Origin: Octopus vulgaris
Taxonomy: Eukaryota
Assembly (NCBI GenBank): GCA_951406725.2
Contig: OX597833.1
Span: 50,034,001-50,098,000 of the forward strand
DNA length: 64,000 nucleotides
Direction of reading: 5' to 3'
The notes under the pieces are model-generated. The model was not told where the DNA came from. It made no database searches and worked only from the letters and a program-made list of their open reading frames with translations. A program made the position numbers and the translations under genes. Below, one piece after another: positions 1-13,007 of this stretch. Positions within the stretch are counted from its first letter, which is position 1. Each line of letters starts with the position of its first letter.

Positions 1-902
1 ATGAAATATAATAAAAGTTCATAAATATTCTCTCTCGCTCTCTCTCGCTCTGTTCCTCTCACGCGCGCGCACACAAACACACGCACATGCGCACAAAAGC
101 ATAATATTTTACACGTGTGTATTAAATACTTGTAAGATCTGATTGAAAATTGCGATAGACCCACTGAGGGTATGAAACTTTTTCATATTTATTAAGAAGA
201 ATGCATAAAGAATTTTTCATAGCTTAAATTTAAAGCTCCCTGCTTTCATTTTTCTCTGTTGCTTGAAAGCCATGTAAGTTATTTTATGAAAAGTTAAATT
301 TTAGGGGGGCCCCATAAGGATATTAGTTATAAAATATCGAGCACCATTTAAGCCCCCATGGGATATTAGGCCTATCTTATATAGATGGCTGTTGGATGAA
401 GTGACACTGAGAGGAAGAACGATCGAGCAAGGGAGTGAGGGGGTGAGAGGGACAGACAGAAATAGAGAGACAAATAGACAATGAGAGAGAGAGGGAGAGG
501 GGGAGGGAGAGAGAGATGATCTATGCAAATATTGATGTGTTGTCACAGAGGAGTAACGTGTGTAGCGGAATGGTCATCAAATGTCCAGCAGTGGAAAAAT
601 AAAATTGATAAACAAAACGACTATATTTCATTTTGGACAGTCCATTTGTCAATGAACGAAATAAATTATTAGTTGAATCGTAAGTAGGTTCATGTTCAAT
701 GGCGGCTAAAAGTATGAGTGCATGGCTATGTCCATATATGCATGCGTGTATGTATGCATCTACCTGTATTTTTATATCCATGTCTGTGTGTGTTCGTTTT
801 CTATGAAACCACATTGGTTAACCTGTTATGATTTTCTACATATTTGAAAAGACCGGTCACTGCATTTTTGCCTTTGATTCTCAATTTTCATACATACACA
901 CG

Positions 903-1211
903 GATCTTTTCGGTTTGAACGGCAGTTTTTAACATAATTTCTAGGTAACTAAAAACATTTAAACTTCGTATACTGGTAGAATTTGTTTATAAAACATTTA
1001 TTTCTCTGACTTTATTGAGAAAATTCTATAATTTGTAAGATATTTGTTGTTTTTTCTTCAATTTCTGCAATTTCAACCAATTACTGACGTCTATTGAGGT
1101 AAAAACATACTGTGCCGTATGAATATGTCCCTCGATACTATGGTCATAATTATGAGTGACAATTTCATATGACACCGCTAGAAAAAAACTGCCGATCAAA
1201 CCGAAAAGATC
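903..1211. mobile_element. MITE (non-autonomous DNA transposon) with ~28-bp terminal inverted repeats
   Basis: gatcttttcggtttgaacggcagttttt (903-930) is the reverse complement of aaaaactgccgatcaaaccgaaaagatc (1184-1211) with 1 mismatch; no ORF; flanked by CA-rich repeats. Confidence 0.8.
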
Positions 1212-1216
1212 ACACA

Positions 1217-1274
<58 letters not shown>

Positions 1275-2509
1275 TATATGTATGTGTGTGAACACTGAAA
1301 ATCAAATATGAAAGTTTAGTGCAGGACCATTTCAGAGTATATTTAATAGCATATCTTTGATGCAAGTCTGAGAAAATGCCTATCCAATGCCTAAAACGGC
1401 AAATATTACGTAAATTTCCTTTTAGAATTTTCGTGTAAACTGGCGTTGGAAACGGAGTTGGTACGGAAACTTTTGTAACTTATAAAGTATTAAAGAACTT
1501 TCTTTGTCTTCTTTTCATTGGTTTACGTGTGTGTATGTATGTATGTATATACATATATATATATATATGTGTGTGTGTGTATATATGTATGTATGTATGT
1601 ATATACACAGACATATATTCATATATATGCACATATATCTATATGTATATGTGTGTGTGTGTGCGTGTGTGTATAATCAATAATCATAACGGGTAAAATT
1701 TATTAATCAATTAATAATTAATAATTTTACCAAGAGGTTCGGTATGTTAAAAGAACCATAATCGGTAACTTTATACAAAAATTCTATAATTATAAGCATA
1801 ATCATAATTAGGGTTCAGCAAAAAGTGCTTCACCACATACCGAAATTTAGTAATAGCAGTTAAATACCACTACCATAAGATATCCCCCAGCAGTAATATT
1901 CTCAGCTCACGCAGTTAAAGAGAAAATAATAATAATAATAACGAATCCACTCGGCTTTGATTAACTATATACGCGTTGCTGGGTTAAAGAGATGTAAAAA
2001 GATGTAAAATCATATTTCTACTCACTTACTCCCGTCATCAGCATAGTGATTCAGTTTTAAATTTGAGAACACTGATAATTAACATACGTACTCGACCAAG
2101 TCCCACATTTACATATTATTAGTATGCTCTCACATAAATACAAAAACACGTGTACTATATTATGTATGCATACACATAAATGTATATATACACCATACAT
2201 TCATATGTAGGTATATGGTTAATCCATCGTTGTCTCATACTCAGTGATAAAGTTTTTCTAGTGAAAGAGGGACTGGATGTTTTTCCCTTGATGAAAAATT
2301 CGAAAATAGAAACAAGAAAACATACATGCATATAAATACTTATAGTAAGATAAATATATAAGGATCACTTAAATAGCTGTAAAAATATATAATGATATAA
2401 CTGTTACAATATACCATAGCGAGAAATGAAATAATTCTACACAGTAGTATTATTGCAAGCGAAAAGTGTAATGGACTACATTAAGTTAGAGAGTTCAAAC
2501 ACACACACA

Positions 2510-2581
<72 letters not shown>

Positions 2582-2634
2582 CACGCAATAAACTATAAAC
2601 CTGAAGTGTCGGTAAATAAAATACTGGTTTCAAA

Positions 2635-2869
2635 TATTTCTTTATTGGCCACAGGGGGCTAAACAAACATAGAGGGGACAAGCATGGACAAACATAGGGA
2701 TTAAATCGATTACATCGACCCTAATGAGTATCTGGTACTTATTTAATCGACCCCGAAAGAATGAAAGGCAAAGTCGACATCGGCGGAATTGGAACTTAGA
2801 ACGTAACGGCAGACGAAATGCTGCTAAGCATTTCCCCCGGCGTGCTAACAATTCTGCCAGCTCGCCGCC
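2635..2869 (-). mobile_element. tRNA-derived SINE, family A
   Basis: Minus-strand head GGCGGCGAGCTGGCAGAA..., B-box-like GTTCCAATTCC, central GCCTTTCATnCTTTCGGGGTCGAT..AAGTACCAG, tail ...AAAGAAATA; many copies in the window. Degenerate pieces also at ~2891-2995 and ~3060-3250. Confidence 0.85.
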
Positions 2870-3767
2870 CTATTGGTTTCAAGTATTAGGAAAAGGTAAA
2901 GTGGACCCCGGTGGAATTCGAACTCAGAACGTAAAGACGGACGAAATGCTGCTAAGCATTCCACCCCACCGGCATGCTAACGATTCTGCCAGCTCATCTC
3001 CCTTTCCAATAAATTAAATATTAAGTCTTATTTTACTTATATTTTTTCACCTTACCTAAGGCGGGATATAGCAAACTCGTTAGCATGCCCAGCTTTTGGT
3101 CCGTCCTTACTTTCTGAGTCCAAATTCCCCCGAGATCGACTATGCCTTTCATAATTTCGTGATCGATAAACAAATATCGTAACGCATTGTGGTCGATTTA
3201 ATTGATTAGTCTCCTTCCCATAAAACTTCAGGCCCTGTAGCTATAGTAGAAAGAATTATTACAACTTACCGAAAATGTACGGTCATTACCGAATCAGTTG
3301 AATATAAAGTTGGAGGCAGTCTGTTTCCGCAAATTCCTCCTTGACCACCAGCATCGTCCTGTCAACACAGAATGCAAACAACGTATCACAGAGAAGAATC
3401 GTATAGATAAAAATGAATTATACAATGATGAAGTTACAGTTTCAATTTTCTTACGTTTGCTTGGGATACAACTAATAAATACATCAAGCTTTCAAGGATC
3501 AGTTTCTGCCCGCATATAACGAGTTGAGTAGAATGAAAATACTTGGCATGTTGATGGGAAAGAAATACCTAATAAAAATTATTCATGGAATTCTGTGAAA
3601 AATCACACTTAATGCAGTCGTCAAGAAAGAGACAGAGGATAAGTTCGAAGTTCAAATTTATTAAAGACTAAAATGGATGTATGTAGTAGGGAATATGTTT
3701 GATGTATGATGAAACGGTGATAACTCTGGACAGGTTTCATTCTTGTAAATTCTCCTTAGCCAATATT

Positions 3768-4072
3768 GTTGTTTGTTCCTTCTCGAGACTCGCCTAGCTC
3801 ATAAGGGCCGGTTTCCCGGTTTCCTTGGCGTATAGGTTCCCCACCTGGACGGGACGCCGGTCCGTCGAAGGTGAGCTGCAAGATGCAGGAAGAAAGAGTG
3901 AGTGAAAGTTGTGGCGGAAGAGTCAGCAGAAGTTGGCTATTACCTTCTGCAGGAGCCTCGTGGAGTTTAGGTGCTTCGCTCATAAATACACGCATCGCCC
4001 GGTCTGAGATTCGAACCCGCGATCCCAAGACTGTGAGTCCGCTGCTCTAACCACTAGGTCATGTGCATCCAC
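3768..4072 (-). mobile_element. tRNA-derived SINE: family-C head with a family-D-like 3' part
   Basis: Head GTGGATGCACATGACCTAGTGGTTAGAGCAGCGGACTC..GGTTCGAATC; 3' part GACCGGCGTCCCGTCCAGGTGGGGAAC..GAAACCGGGAAACCGGCCC shared with family D; flanked by ~163-bp direct repeats. Confidence 0.8.
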
Positions 4073-4417
4073 TACACTTAATGCAGTCGTCACGAAAGAG
4101 ACAGAGTATAAGTTCGAAGTTCAAATTTATTAAAGACTAAAATGGATGTACGTAGTAGGGAATATGTTCGATGTATGATGAAACGCTGATAACTCTGGAT
4201 ATGTTTCAATCTTGTAAATTCTCCTCAGCCAATATTAGCTTTCACTTAACTGTATGGTTTCACCGATATATTTCCCATTGTCATTTTTTCAAATTACTTA
4301 ATCAAAGATTTTTCTCTCAAAACCGATTTATGTATAGATTTTAAACATTGAATGGAAGGTACCGTAATTTACTTCAAATATGCTTTACATGTAATGTGTT
4401 TTGACTGGTACGAGACA

Positions 4418-4800
<383 letters not shown>

Positions 4801-4802
4801 TT

Positions 4803-5330
4803 TAGTTGGATGGGGGGGATACTTGAGTTCGTTCAAAAGCTTCATAGCGCGTGTCTTTCCCCTTTTCCTAATGGCTTGGGATAAAAAATTGGCCCTTTCA
4901 CATCTTGTATGAGGAATATCGAATGTCTTCATGCACTACCTGCCTGATGTCCCTGGCGAAAGACCATACTGACTTCGCAGGATCGTTGTCAATCATGGCC
5001 TGGATCTCACCAACAAATTCAGGAGTTGTTTTCTTATCTGAACGATCAGAGTGAGTTTTCAGTGCTGCTGTACCTTCGTAATCACCATTAGACTCATCCA
5101 ATTCTTACTCTGCACTCTACTCAGATTGACACCCAAACACTCTGAAATGTTTGTAATGGAGCTTTCGTCGCGAATTCCAAGCAGTACAGCATACCGTTTC
5201 CAAATTTCTAGTACAGTAAATAGCGTCGTGGTCCTGTTTTTCTCACAGACGTTGCTCAACTGATTCTACTATGCTGTATAATCGACAAACTCATAAACAA
5301 ACAATGCGCATGCGCGAAATAAAAAATGAT
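4803..5330 (-). pseudogene. Tc1/mariner-superfamily transposase N-terminal fragment (decayed)
   Basis: Frameshifted translation WKRYAVLLGIRDESSITNISECLGVNLSRVQ...RSDKKTTPEFVGEIQAMIDNDPAKSVWSFARDI..VVHEDIRYSSYKM..GQFLSQA..KLLNELKYP resembles the paired HTH region of mariner/maT-type transposases; catalytic domain absent. Confidence 0.7.
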
Positions 5331-5363
5331 GTAGCGATAGCCATTGCATCTTATATATATCTA

Positions 5364-5750
5364 TCTATATATATAAAGCTGAAGTTGTCTGTGTGTGGCA
5401 GGTTTGATAGCCTTCAACTAACACTATCTCCTCCGAGACTCTGCGGCGCAAGTTGACCAAAATTGAGAGTATGATAGAAGAAGGCTTGCTCTTCACTCCG
5501 TAGAGGATAAAATTCAAATCAGACCATGTTAAAGCCAAAAAATTATTTACATCAAAAACGTGCTTTTTTCTATGAAAATCCCTATTTTTATGATTTTTTT
5601 GACTGCTGTGTCACCATTTTTCTGTGTATTTCAACCAGAAAAATGTTCACTTGAAGAGAATAACAAGCTACATAATGCAAAATTTTTACTTTTCAAAAAT
5701 TTCAATTCTAAAGGGTCGAAACGAACCCGAGCTACGCCGGGCGATACTGC
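5364..5750 (+). mobile_element. Non-autonomous Helitron-like element, copy 1
   Basis: Begins TCTATATATATAAAG; ends with GC-rich hairpin CCCGAGCTACGCCGGG then GATACTGC (terminal CTAG eroded); near-identical copy at 52756-53155. Confidence 0.7.
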
Positions 5751-6149
5751 ACACAATTTAATTACGTATGTGCATGGTATGTAGCTATCTGGATGATTAA
5801 ATATAGAAGACATAGGAGTGTTTTTGTTTCTAAGTGTTTATGGATGACTAAATTCACAAAATCTCCATCTTGAATTTTTTAAACTGTCAGAAATCAGTTA
5901 ACGTGTCAAAGAAACAAAGAAACGTTTGCGCAGGCTCGAATCAGCTTTTTGATGATATTACATAGACCTTTGTACCGCCTTTCTCCTTTTCTGCCCAATT
6001 AGGCTGTGTAATTGGTGTAAATACACTCCCTCCCTTTTGCCAGCGGGAACGACTTGGTATTTTATTTGATGTAACCGACTTGAATATTTATTACACGCAT
6101 TTAACACACTCAGCGTTGTCCTTTTTTAATGTAAGAAGCTTCCTCTTAA

Positions 6150-6896
6150 GTGACGAGCTGGTAGAAACGTTGGCACGCCGGGCGAGATGCTTAGCGGTAT
6201 TTCGTCTGCCGTTACATTCTGAGTTAAAATTCCTGCCGAGGTCGACTTTGCTCTTCATCCTTTCGGAGTCGATTAAATAAGTACCAGTTACGCACTGGGG
6301 TCGATATAATCAACTTAATCCGTTTGTCTGTCTTTGTTTGTCTCATCTGTGTTTAGCGCCTTGTGGGTAGTAAAGAAATAGGTATGTCATCTGCCGTTAC
6401 GTTCTGAGTTCAAATTTCGCCGAGGTCGATTTTGCCTTTCATCCTTTCGGGGTCAATATAATCGACTTAATCCGTTTGTCTGTCCTTGTTTGTCCCCTCT
6501 GTGCTTAGCCCCTTGTGGGTAGTAAAGAAATAGGTATGTCATCTGCCGTTACGTTCTGAGTTCAAATTTCGCCGAGGTCGATTTTGCCTTTCATCCTTTC
6601 GGGGTCGATTAAATGAGTACCAGTTACGCACTGGGGTCGATATAATCGACTTAATCCGTTTGTCTGTCTTTGTCTCATCTGTGTTTAGCCCCTTGTGTGT
6701 AGTAAAGAAATAGGTATGTCATCGGCCGTTACGTTCTGAGTTCAAATTTCGCCGAGGTCGACTTTGCCTTTCATCCTTTCGGGGTCAATAAATTAAGTAC
6801 CAGTTACGCTTTGGGGTCGATCGCATTGACTTACTCCCTTTGTCTGTCCTTGTTTGTCCCCTTTGTGTTTAGCCCCTTGTGGGCAGTAAAGAAATA
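6150..6896 (+). mobile_element. SINE family A: one headed unit plus three head-less tandem units
   Basis: Body repeated four times; junctions AAAGAAATA-GGTATGTC at 6381, 6533 and 6713; followed by an older A copy to ~7060. Confidence 0.9.
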
Positions 6897-7340
6897 AAAA
6901 TCGTTAGCACGCGCCGTGCAAACTTCTCAGCAGTATTTTCTCTGTCTTGACGTTTTGAGTTCAAATTCCACCGGCATCAACTTTGACGGTCGATAAAATA
7001 AGTATCAGATGAGCACGGGGGCCGATATAATCGACTTAACCCGTCTCCCAAAATTGCTGGTCTTTTGTCATGATTAGAACCCCAATATTAGAACCCGAAA
7101 TATTTCCAAAGAAATTTGACAGTTTTGATCACTTTAGAAGACGTCTTTCATGTAGAGACCAAATGAAACAAATGTTAAATTTTGATCAACTGGTTAAGAG
7201 TACCTTAAATTACTTTTGTATACTATGTCGCACTATTTCAAACGACTTCATAACTGAAAAATAAGTGGGATGCTATTTATACTCGAGTAAATGATTCAAA
7301 ATATATATTTCCCAGTCACTTTTCTTAGACACCATATAAA

Positions 7341-7400
7341 TAATACGAATGATAAATCTATAATACGAATGATAAATCTATAATACGAATGATAAATTTA
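7341..7400 (+). repeat. 20-bp tandem repeat x3
   Basis: taatacgaatgataaatcta repeated three times (last copy has 1 mismatch). Confidence 0.9.
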
Positions 7401-7595
7401 TAACCATTGAATACGATAAAAGTACTTGTTTGCCATTTATGCTATCGACCCAGGAAGAAGGAAAGAATAAAGTGAGGATCAGCAGAAATTGAACTCCGAA
7501 CATAGACGATAAATACATCATTACATAGTTTATCTGTCATTTGATTTACGAATAACATAAAAGCGGTGTGCATAGCAGATTATGCTTTTGATTTT

Positions 7596-7979
7596 GTAGG
7601 AGTGGCTGTGTGGCAAGTACCTTGCTTACCACATGGTTCCGGGTTCAATCCCACAACGTGGCAGCATTGGGAAAGTGTCTTCTACTATAGCCTCGGGCCG
7701 ACCAAATCCTTGTGAGTGGATTTGGTAGATGGAAACTGAAAGAAGCCCGTCGTATATATGTATGTGTATGTGTGTGTATATGTTTGTGTGTCTGTGTTTG
7801 TCCCCCCGCCAACATCGCTTGACAACCTATGCTGGTGTGTTTACGTCCCCGTAACTTAGCGGTTAGGCATAAGAGACCGATAGAATAAGTACTAAGGTTA
7901 CAAAGAATAAGTCCTGGGGGTCGATTTGCTCGACTAAAGGTGATGCTCCAGCATGGCCACAGTAAAAGAGTAAAAGAAT
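7596..7979 (+). mobile_element. tRNA-derived SINE, family B (CORE-like centre, internal microsatellite)
   Basis: GGAGTGGCTGTGTGG A-box-like, GGTTCAATCCC B-box-like, TTGGGAAAGTGTCTT CORE-like motif, internal (TA)/(TG) tract, (GTAAAAGA)n tail. Confidence 0.85.
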
Positions 7980-8020
7980 AAGCGTATACATTTAAGTATA
8001 TCTTACGTAGGTCGAAGCAC

Positions 8021-8252
8021 GGCGGTAGTACTGGCAGAATCGTTAGCACGCTGGGCGAAATGCTTCGCAGTATTTCGTCTGCCGCTACGTTCCGAGTTCA
8101 AATTCCGCCGAGGTCGACTTTGTCTTTTATCCTTTCGGGGTCGATTAAATAAGTACCAGTTACGCACTGGGGTTGATATAATTAACTTAATCCGTTTGCC
8201 TGTCCTTGTTTGTCCCCTCTGTGTTTGGCCCCTTGTGGGTAGTAATGAAATA
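8021..8252 (+). mobile_element. SINE family A
   Basis: Full head-body-tail match to other A copies. Confidence 0.85.
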
Positions 8253-8968
8253 GGTAGTATAGATTTGAAACGATGCTTTTATAAATTCGCATCAAAAGAC
8301 GCTCAAAAACAACTTTTATAAGAGAGGTCTATATTTAATTGAATCGATCCTGGAGCGACGCCAAAATTGACAACGGTTGAAATTTAACTTGGAATCGAGG
8401 ATGAAACTGAATACTCTATTTCATTTAGTTCTAGGTGGTTTGTCTTTTATCTGATCTATCTTTAACCTGTTTAATGACACAATAATTGCGCGTTAAAATC
8501 TTTTGATTCACTGCAGTTCACGAACGTCACTCCTGCTTTCACATCTGGAACTTTGAAGATACAAAAATTGGCTTAACTTAGACGGTTTGAAACGTACCAA
8601 ATGTGTGTGAATGTTTGCGTGAATATATATCTACACACGCATTTTCATTCATTCACATCATGTGTGTGTGTGTGCAGTTAAATAAAACCAAACAATGTCC
8701 ATATCTGAGTATACATATATATATGATGTATATATTAAGTTAGATAAACTTAGATATGTTTCGACCAAAGATTGGTCCAGGCCATGTCTAACTTAATAGC
8801 ACCACCTGATTTATATATATAATATTTTTTTTTTCTTTTATTCTTTTATTTGATTCAGCCATTTGACTGTGGACATGTTGGAACACCACCTTTAGTCGAG
8901 CAAATCGAACCCACCACTCAATCTTTGTAAGCTTAGTACTTATTCTATCGGTTTCTTTTGCCAAACTG

Positions 8969-9004
<36 letters not shown>

Positions 9005-9369
9005 TCATATGCATGCATTTCTTGGACTATTTTCCCCCTTCTCTGCTTGCCTTTCCTCTTTGTGAGGAAAAACCAAGCTCGAAACGTCATATTCCCCGTA
9101 CTTTTTTCCATTTTAAACTTACCGTTGACCTAATACATTCACTATGTACGTCATTTTCGCTCATATTGATTTTCTCTTTATTTTTATTTTCGATTACAAA
9201 TTTGACTTTCATGCATGAAAATATATGCTCTTCTTTTGCATACTGAGTTCCCGTTTATCTGGTCGTACCAAGAAACCTAAATACGTATGTTTTAATACGT
9301 GTCCAGCACTATTATTACACACGCATACATCGATATGTATGTCTAAATATCTAAGTGCACGTGCGTGTA

Positions 9370-9386
9370 TGTATATACACATTTTT

Positions 9387-9444
<58 letters not shown>

Positions 9445-9722
9445 AGATATGTATATATTTATTATATGTATATATATATATATATGCATACATACATGTA
9501 CGCACACACACACATATACTACATATGCACTTTTATAAAACATACATACATGTATGCATACAGATGCATACACACACATATATACATACATATACAAACA
9601 TACATATACATATATGCACATACACATATACGTACATATACATTTCCATATACATATATGCAAACATACATACAAACATACATACATACATATATATACA
9701 TACATATGTACATATATATATA
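9370..9722. repeat. Compound TA/CA/TACA microsatellite
   Basis: Direct inspection. Confidence 0.95.
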
Positions 9723-10389
9723 GTTGTACACTTTATAAACAGTAGTAAAATACATTAAACTAGTAGCACGAGATATACAGGCCCCTGGCATTAATTAATC
9801 TATTTTAATTAACTTTCCGCCAATAACGTTTCGTTTTTATCCTCTTTTATTTTATTTCTTATCATCGTCAATTATTATCTTAATCAATCATGTTCACAAT
9901 CAACGATGAAGATAACCTCTGCTGACTGAACCGAAAGTCACTTGCTATAGATAAAAATATTGATTATATACATAGATGGAAATATAAATTTATAACCATT
10001 GAATACGATAAAAGTACTTGTTTGCCATTTATGCTATCGACCCAGGAAGAAGGAAAGAATAAAGTGAAGATCAGCAGAAATTGAACTCCGAACATAGACG
10101 ATAACTACTTTAGTAATTAAAGTTTTTAGTTTCGTTTTTTCTTTTTTTTTTTTGTTACTGTAAACACATCCGCTTTAATTAGTTAAAATATCCATGTCTG
10201 CAATAGGGGCGCAAAGCCTGAAATTTGTCGATGTTGGGGGCGTAGGGCTGGTCGATTAGACCGGCCCTAGTACTCGATTGGTACTTATTTCCTCGACTAC
10301 GAAAGGATGAATGACGAAGTAGACTTGAGCGGAATTTGAACTCAGAACGTAAGGACGGGCGAAATGCCTCAAAGCATTTTGTCTGGTTA

Positions 10390-10775
10390 ACTCTTTTACT
10401 TGTTTCAGTCAGTTGACTGCGGCCATGCTGGAGCACCGCCTAAGGTCGAGAAAATCGACCTCAGGACTTATTCTTTGATAGCCTAGTACTTATTCTATCG
10501 GTGTCTTTTGCCGAACCACTAAGTTTCGGGGACGTAAACACACCAGCATCGGTTGTCAAGCGATGTTGGGGGGGACAAAAACAGACACACAAACATATAT
10601 ACACACATACATATATATACATATATACGATGGGCTTCTTTCAGTTTCCGTCTACCAAATCCACTCACAAGGCTTTGGTCGGCCCGAGGCTATAGTAGAA
10701 GACACTTGCCTAAGGTGCCACGCAGTGGGAATGAACCCAGAACCATGTGGTTGATAAGCAAGCTACTTACCACAC
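10390..10775 (-). mobile_element. SINE family B, inserted within an older family-A copy (~10205-10805)
   Basis: The A body stops at ..agcattttgtctgg (10386) and resumes after B as gctaataattctgcaagttcgctgtc (~10780-10805). Confidence 0.8.
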
Positions 10776-11019
10776 TATTGCTAATAATTCTGCAAGTTCG
10801 CTGTCTTTAATTAGATAAAAATATTAGTTTCAAAGTCTGGCACAGGGCCTGCAATTTTCGGGGAGAAGTAAGTCTATTACATCAACCCCAGTGTTCAGCT
10901 GGTAAGTATTTTATTGTAAAGTCAACCACGGCAGAATTTGAACTCAGAATTGAAAAATGGGCGAAATGCTGCAAAGCAAGCTGTCCCAGTTCATCGTCTT
11001 TAGTTAAATATTTTTTTCT

Positions 11020-11263
11020 CGCCCTTTTAAAGCCTAGCCAGGCTCATGGGCCCAGTTCCCGGTTTCATTGGCGCATGTTTTCCCCAGCTGGACGGGACGC
11101 CAGTCCATCGCAGCGTTCCTCATTTTTGCCAGCAGAGTGGACTGGAGCAACGTGAAATGAAGTGCTTTGCTCAGAACACAACGCGTCGCCCGGTCCAGGA
11201 ATCGAAATCACAATCTTACGATCATAATGCTGACACCCTAACCACTAAGCCACGCGCCTCCAC
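11020..11263 (-). mobile_element. tRNA-derived SINE, family D (CORE-like plus V-domain-like centre)
   Basis: Head GTGGAGGCGCGTGGCTTAGTGGTTAGGG..TTCGATTCC; TGTGTTCTGAGCAAAGCACTTCATTTCACGTTGCTCCAGTCCACTC; GCGATGGACTGGCGTCCCGTCCAG; copies at 12292 and 55907. Confidence 0.85.
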
Positions 11264-11832
11264 AATTAGATAATATATTAGTTTTAAATTCTGGCACTTT
11301 GTAGGGAGGGGGTAAATAGATTACATTGACCCCCACTGCTCAGTTGGTACTTATTTCATCGACCCCCAAAAAGGACGTAGTGCAAAGTCGACCTCGGTGG
11401 AATTTGAACTCAGAGTGTAAAGACGGAACGAAATGCTGCTAAGCATTTTGCCCACCGTGCTAACGATTCTGCCTGCTCGCCGGCGTTAATTATTATTATT
11501 ATTAGATGAAATATTAAATTGTTTTCTCGTAAATAGGACAATAAATATTCAATTACGATATATTTCTCGTATACTTCAAAAATTCTTAATAAGTAATTCT
11601 ACTATTTTTTTTATACTCATTAAGAAACGATTCATTGGCAATGTTAATTATTAGGTAATATAATACAACGAATAATTGCTTTTAAGACGTCATCGTGTGA
11701 CAAGTCATTAGGCGTTACGAAGTTAAAATCTAAAAGCTGTCACTTTCAGAAAGATGGCATATTCATTGGACTGCTATCTCGACAAGAACAATTTTGATCG
11801 CAGTCAGTGAATTTCACAACCCATGCCTATTC

Positions 11833-12010
11833 CTCTATTATATGAAATCTGTTCTGTCTGTCCGTGTATGTGTCTTCTAGGATCTCTGGCATCCTCCATC
11901 CGTTTGCGCTCAAATTTGATACGTAAATACCGACGGTATCAAGGCGTGTATAAGTCTTGAAAAAGTCACAAAAATCGATTCCAGGTGAGAATGCGATCGA
12001 TAAAGCCGCT
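11833..12010 (+). mobile_element. Possible 5' fragment of a second Helitron-like family
   Basis: TCTATTATATGAAAT start, then GTCTGTCCGTG and CCGTTTGCGCTCAAATTTG, the same layout as the 5' end of the 5364 element. Confidence 0.4.
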
Positions 12011-12291
12011 TTTGTCCTGCTTTTCTTCCGTCAACATGTACATAAACTGCACCTTCCATTTTTTGTTGTTTTTGTACTGCTTAAAGGCACGTTTCTTTCC
12101 TGCCAAGCTTACTGTTTAAACCATGTTTGTGTTCTCCCAGTCAACAGCCTTATCATTACTGGTACTTTAAACTCTTCGGTTGCATATTTGTGTGAATAAA
12201 ATCGTTTTTCTTTGGAATAGAAAAAAAAGTCTATCTTTATTTCTTCTTTTGCTGGTGTCTCAAATTTAGGTTAAATCAGTGTTTCTCAAAA

Positions 12292-12544
12292 GTGGAGGCG
12301 CGTGGATTACTGGTTAGGGTGTCAGCATCATGATCGTAAGATTGTGGTTTCGATTCCTGGACTGGGCGACTCGTGTTCTTGAGCAAAACGCTTCATTTCA
12401 CGTTGCTCCAGTCCACTCAGCTGGCAAAAAGGAGTAACACTGCGATGGACTGGCGTCCCATCCAGGTGGGGAACATATACGCCAATGAAACCGGGAAACC
12501 GGGCCCATAAGCCTGGCTAGGCTTTAAAAGGGTGCATTTATTAT
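12292..12544 (+). mobile_element. SINE family D with 15-bp TSD
   Basis: TSD tcagtgtttctcaaa at 12276-12290 and 12545-12559. Confidence 0.9.
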
Positions 12545-12570
12545 TCAGTGTTTCTCAAAGGGGAGGCCTA

Positions 12571-12788
12571 TACTCTTTACTCTTTTACTCTTTTACTTGT
12601 TTCAGTCATTTGACTGCGGCCATGCTGGAGCACCGCCTTTAGTCGAGCAACTCGACCCCAGGACTTATTCTTTGTAAGCCCAGTATTTATTATATCGGTC
12701 TCTTTTGCCGAACCGCTAAGTGACGGGGACGTAAACACACCAGCATCGGTTGTCAAGCAATGCTAGGGGGACAAACACAGACGCAGAA

Positions 12789-12843
<55 letters not shown>

Positions 12844-13007
12844 TACGACAGGCTTCTTTCAGTTTCCGTCTACCAAATCCACTCACAAGGCATTGGTCGG
12901 CCCGGGGCTATAGCAGAGACACTTGCCCAAGATGCCACGCAGTGGGACTGAACCCGGAACCATGTGGTTGGTTAGCAAGCTACTTACCACACAGCCACTC
13001 CTGCGCC
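12571..13007 (-). mobile_element. SINE family B, full length
   Basis: Head GGCGCAGGAGTGGCTGTGTGGTAAG through (AAAAGAGT)n tail. Confidence 0.9.

Noticed and set aside
6150-6896. CRISPR-like array or hammerhead retrozyme in the SINE-A tandem units
   Set aside because: No unique spacers, the context is eukaryotic, and no CUGANGA/GAAA fold was found on either strand of the unit
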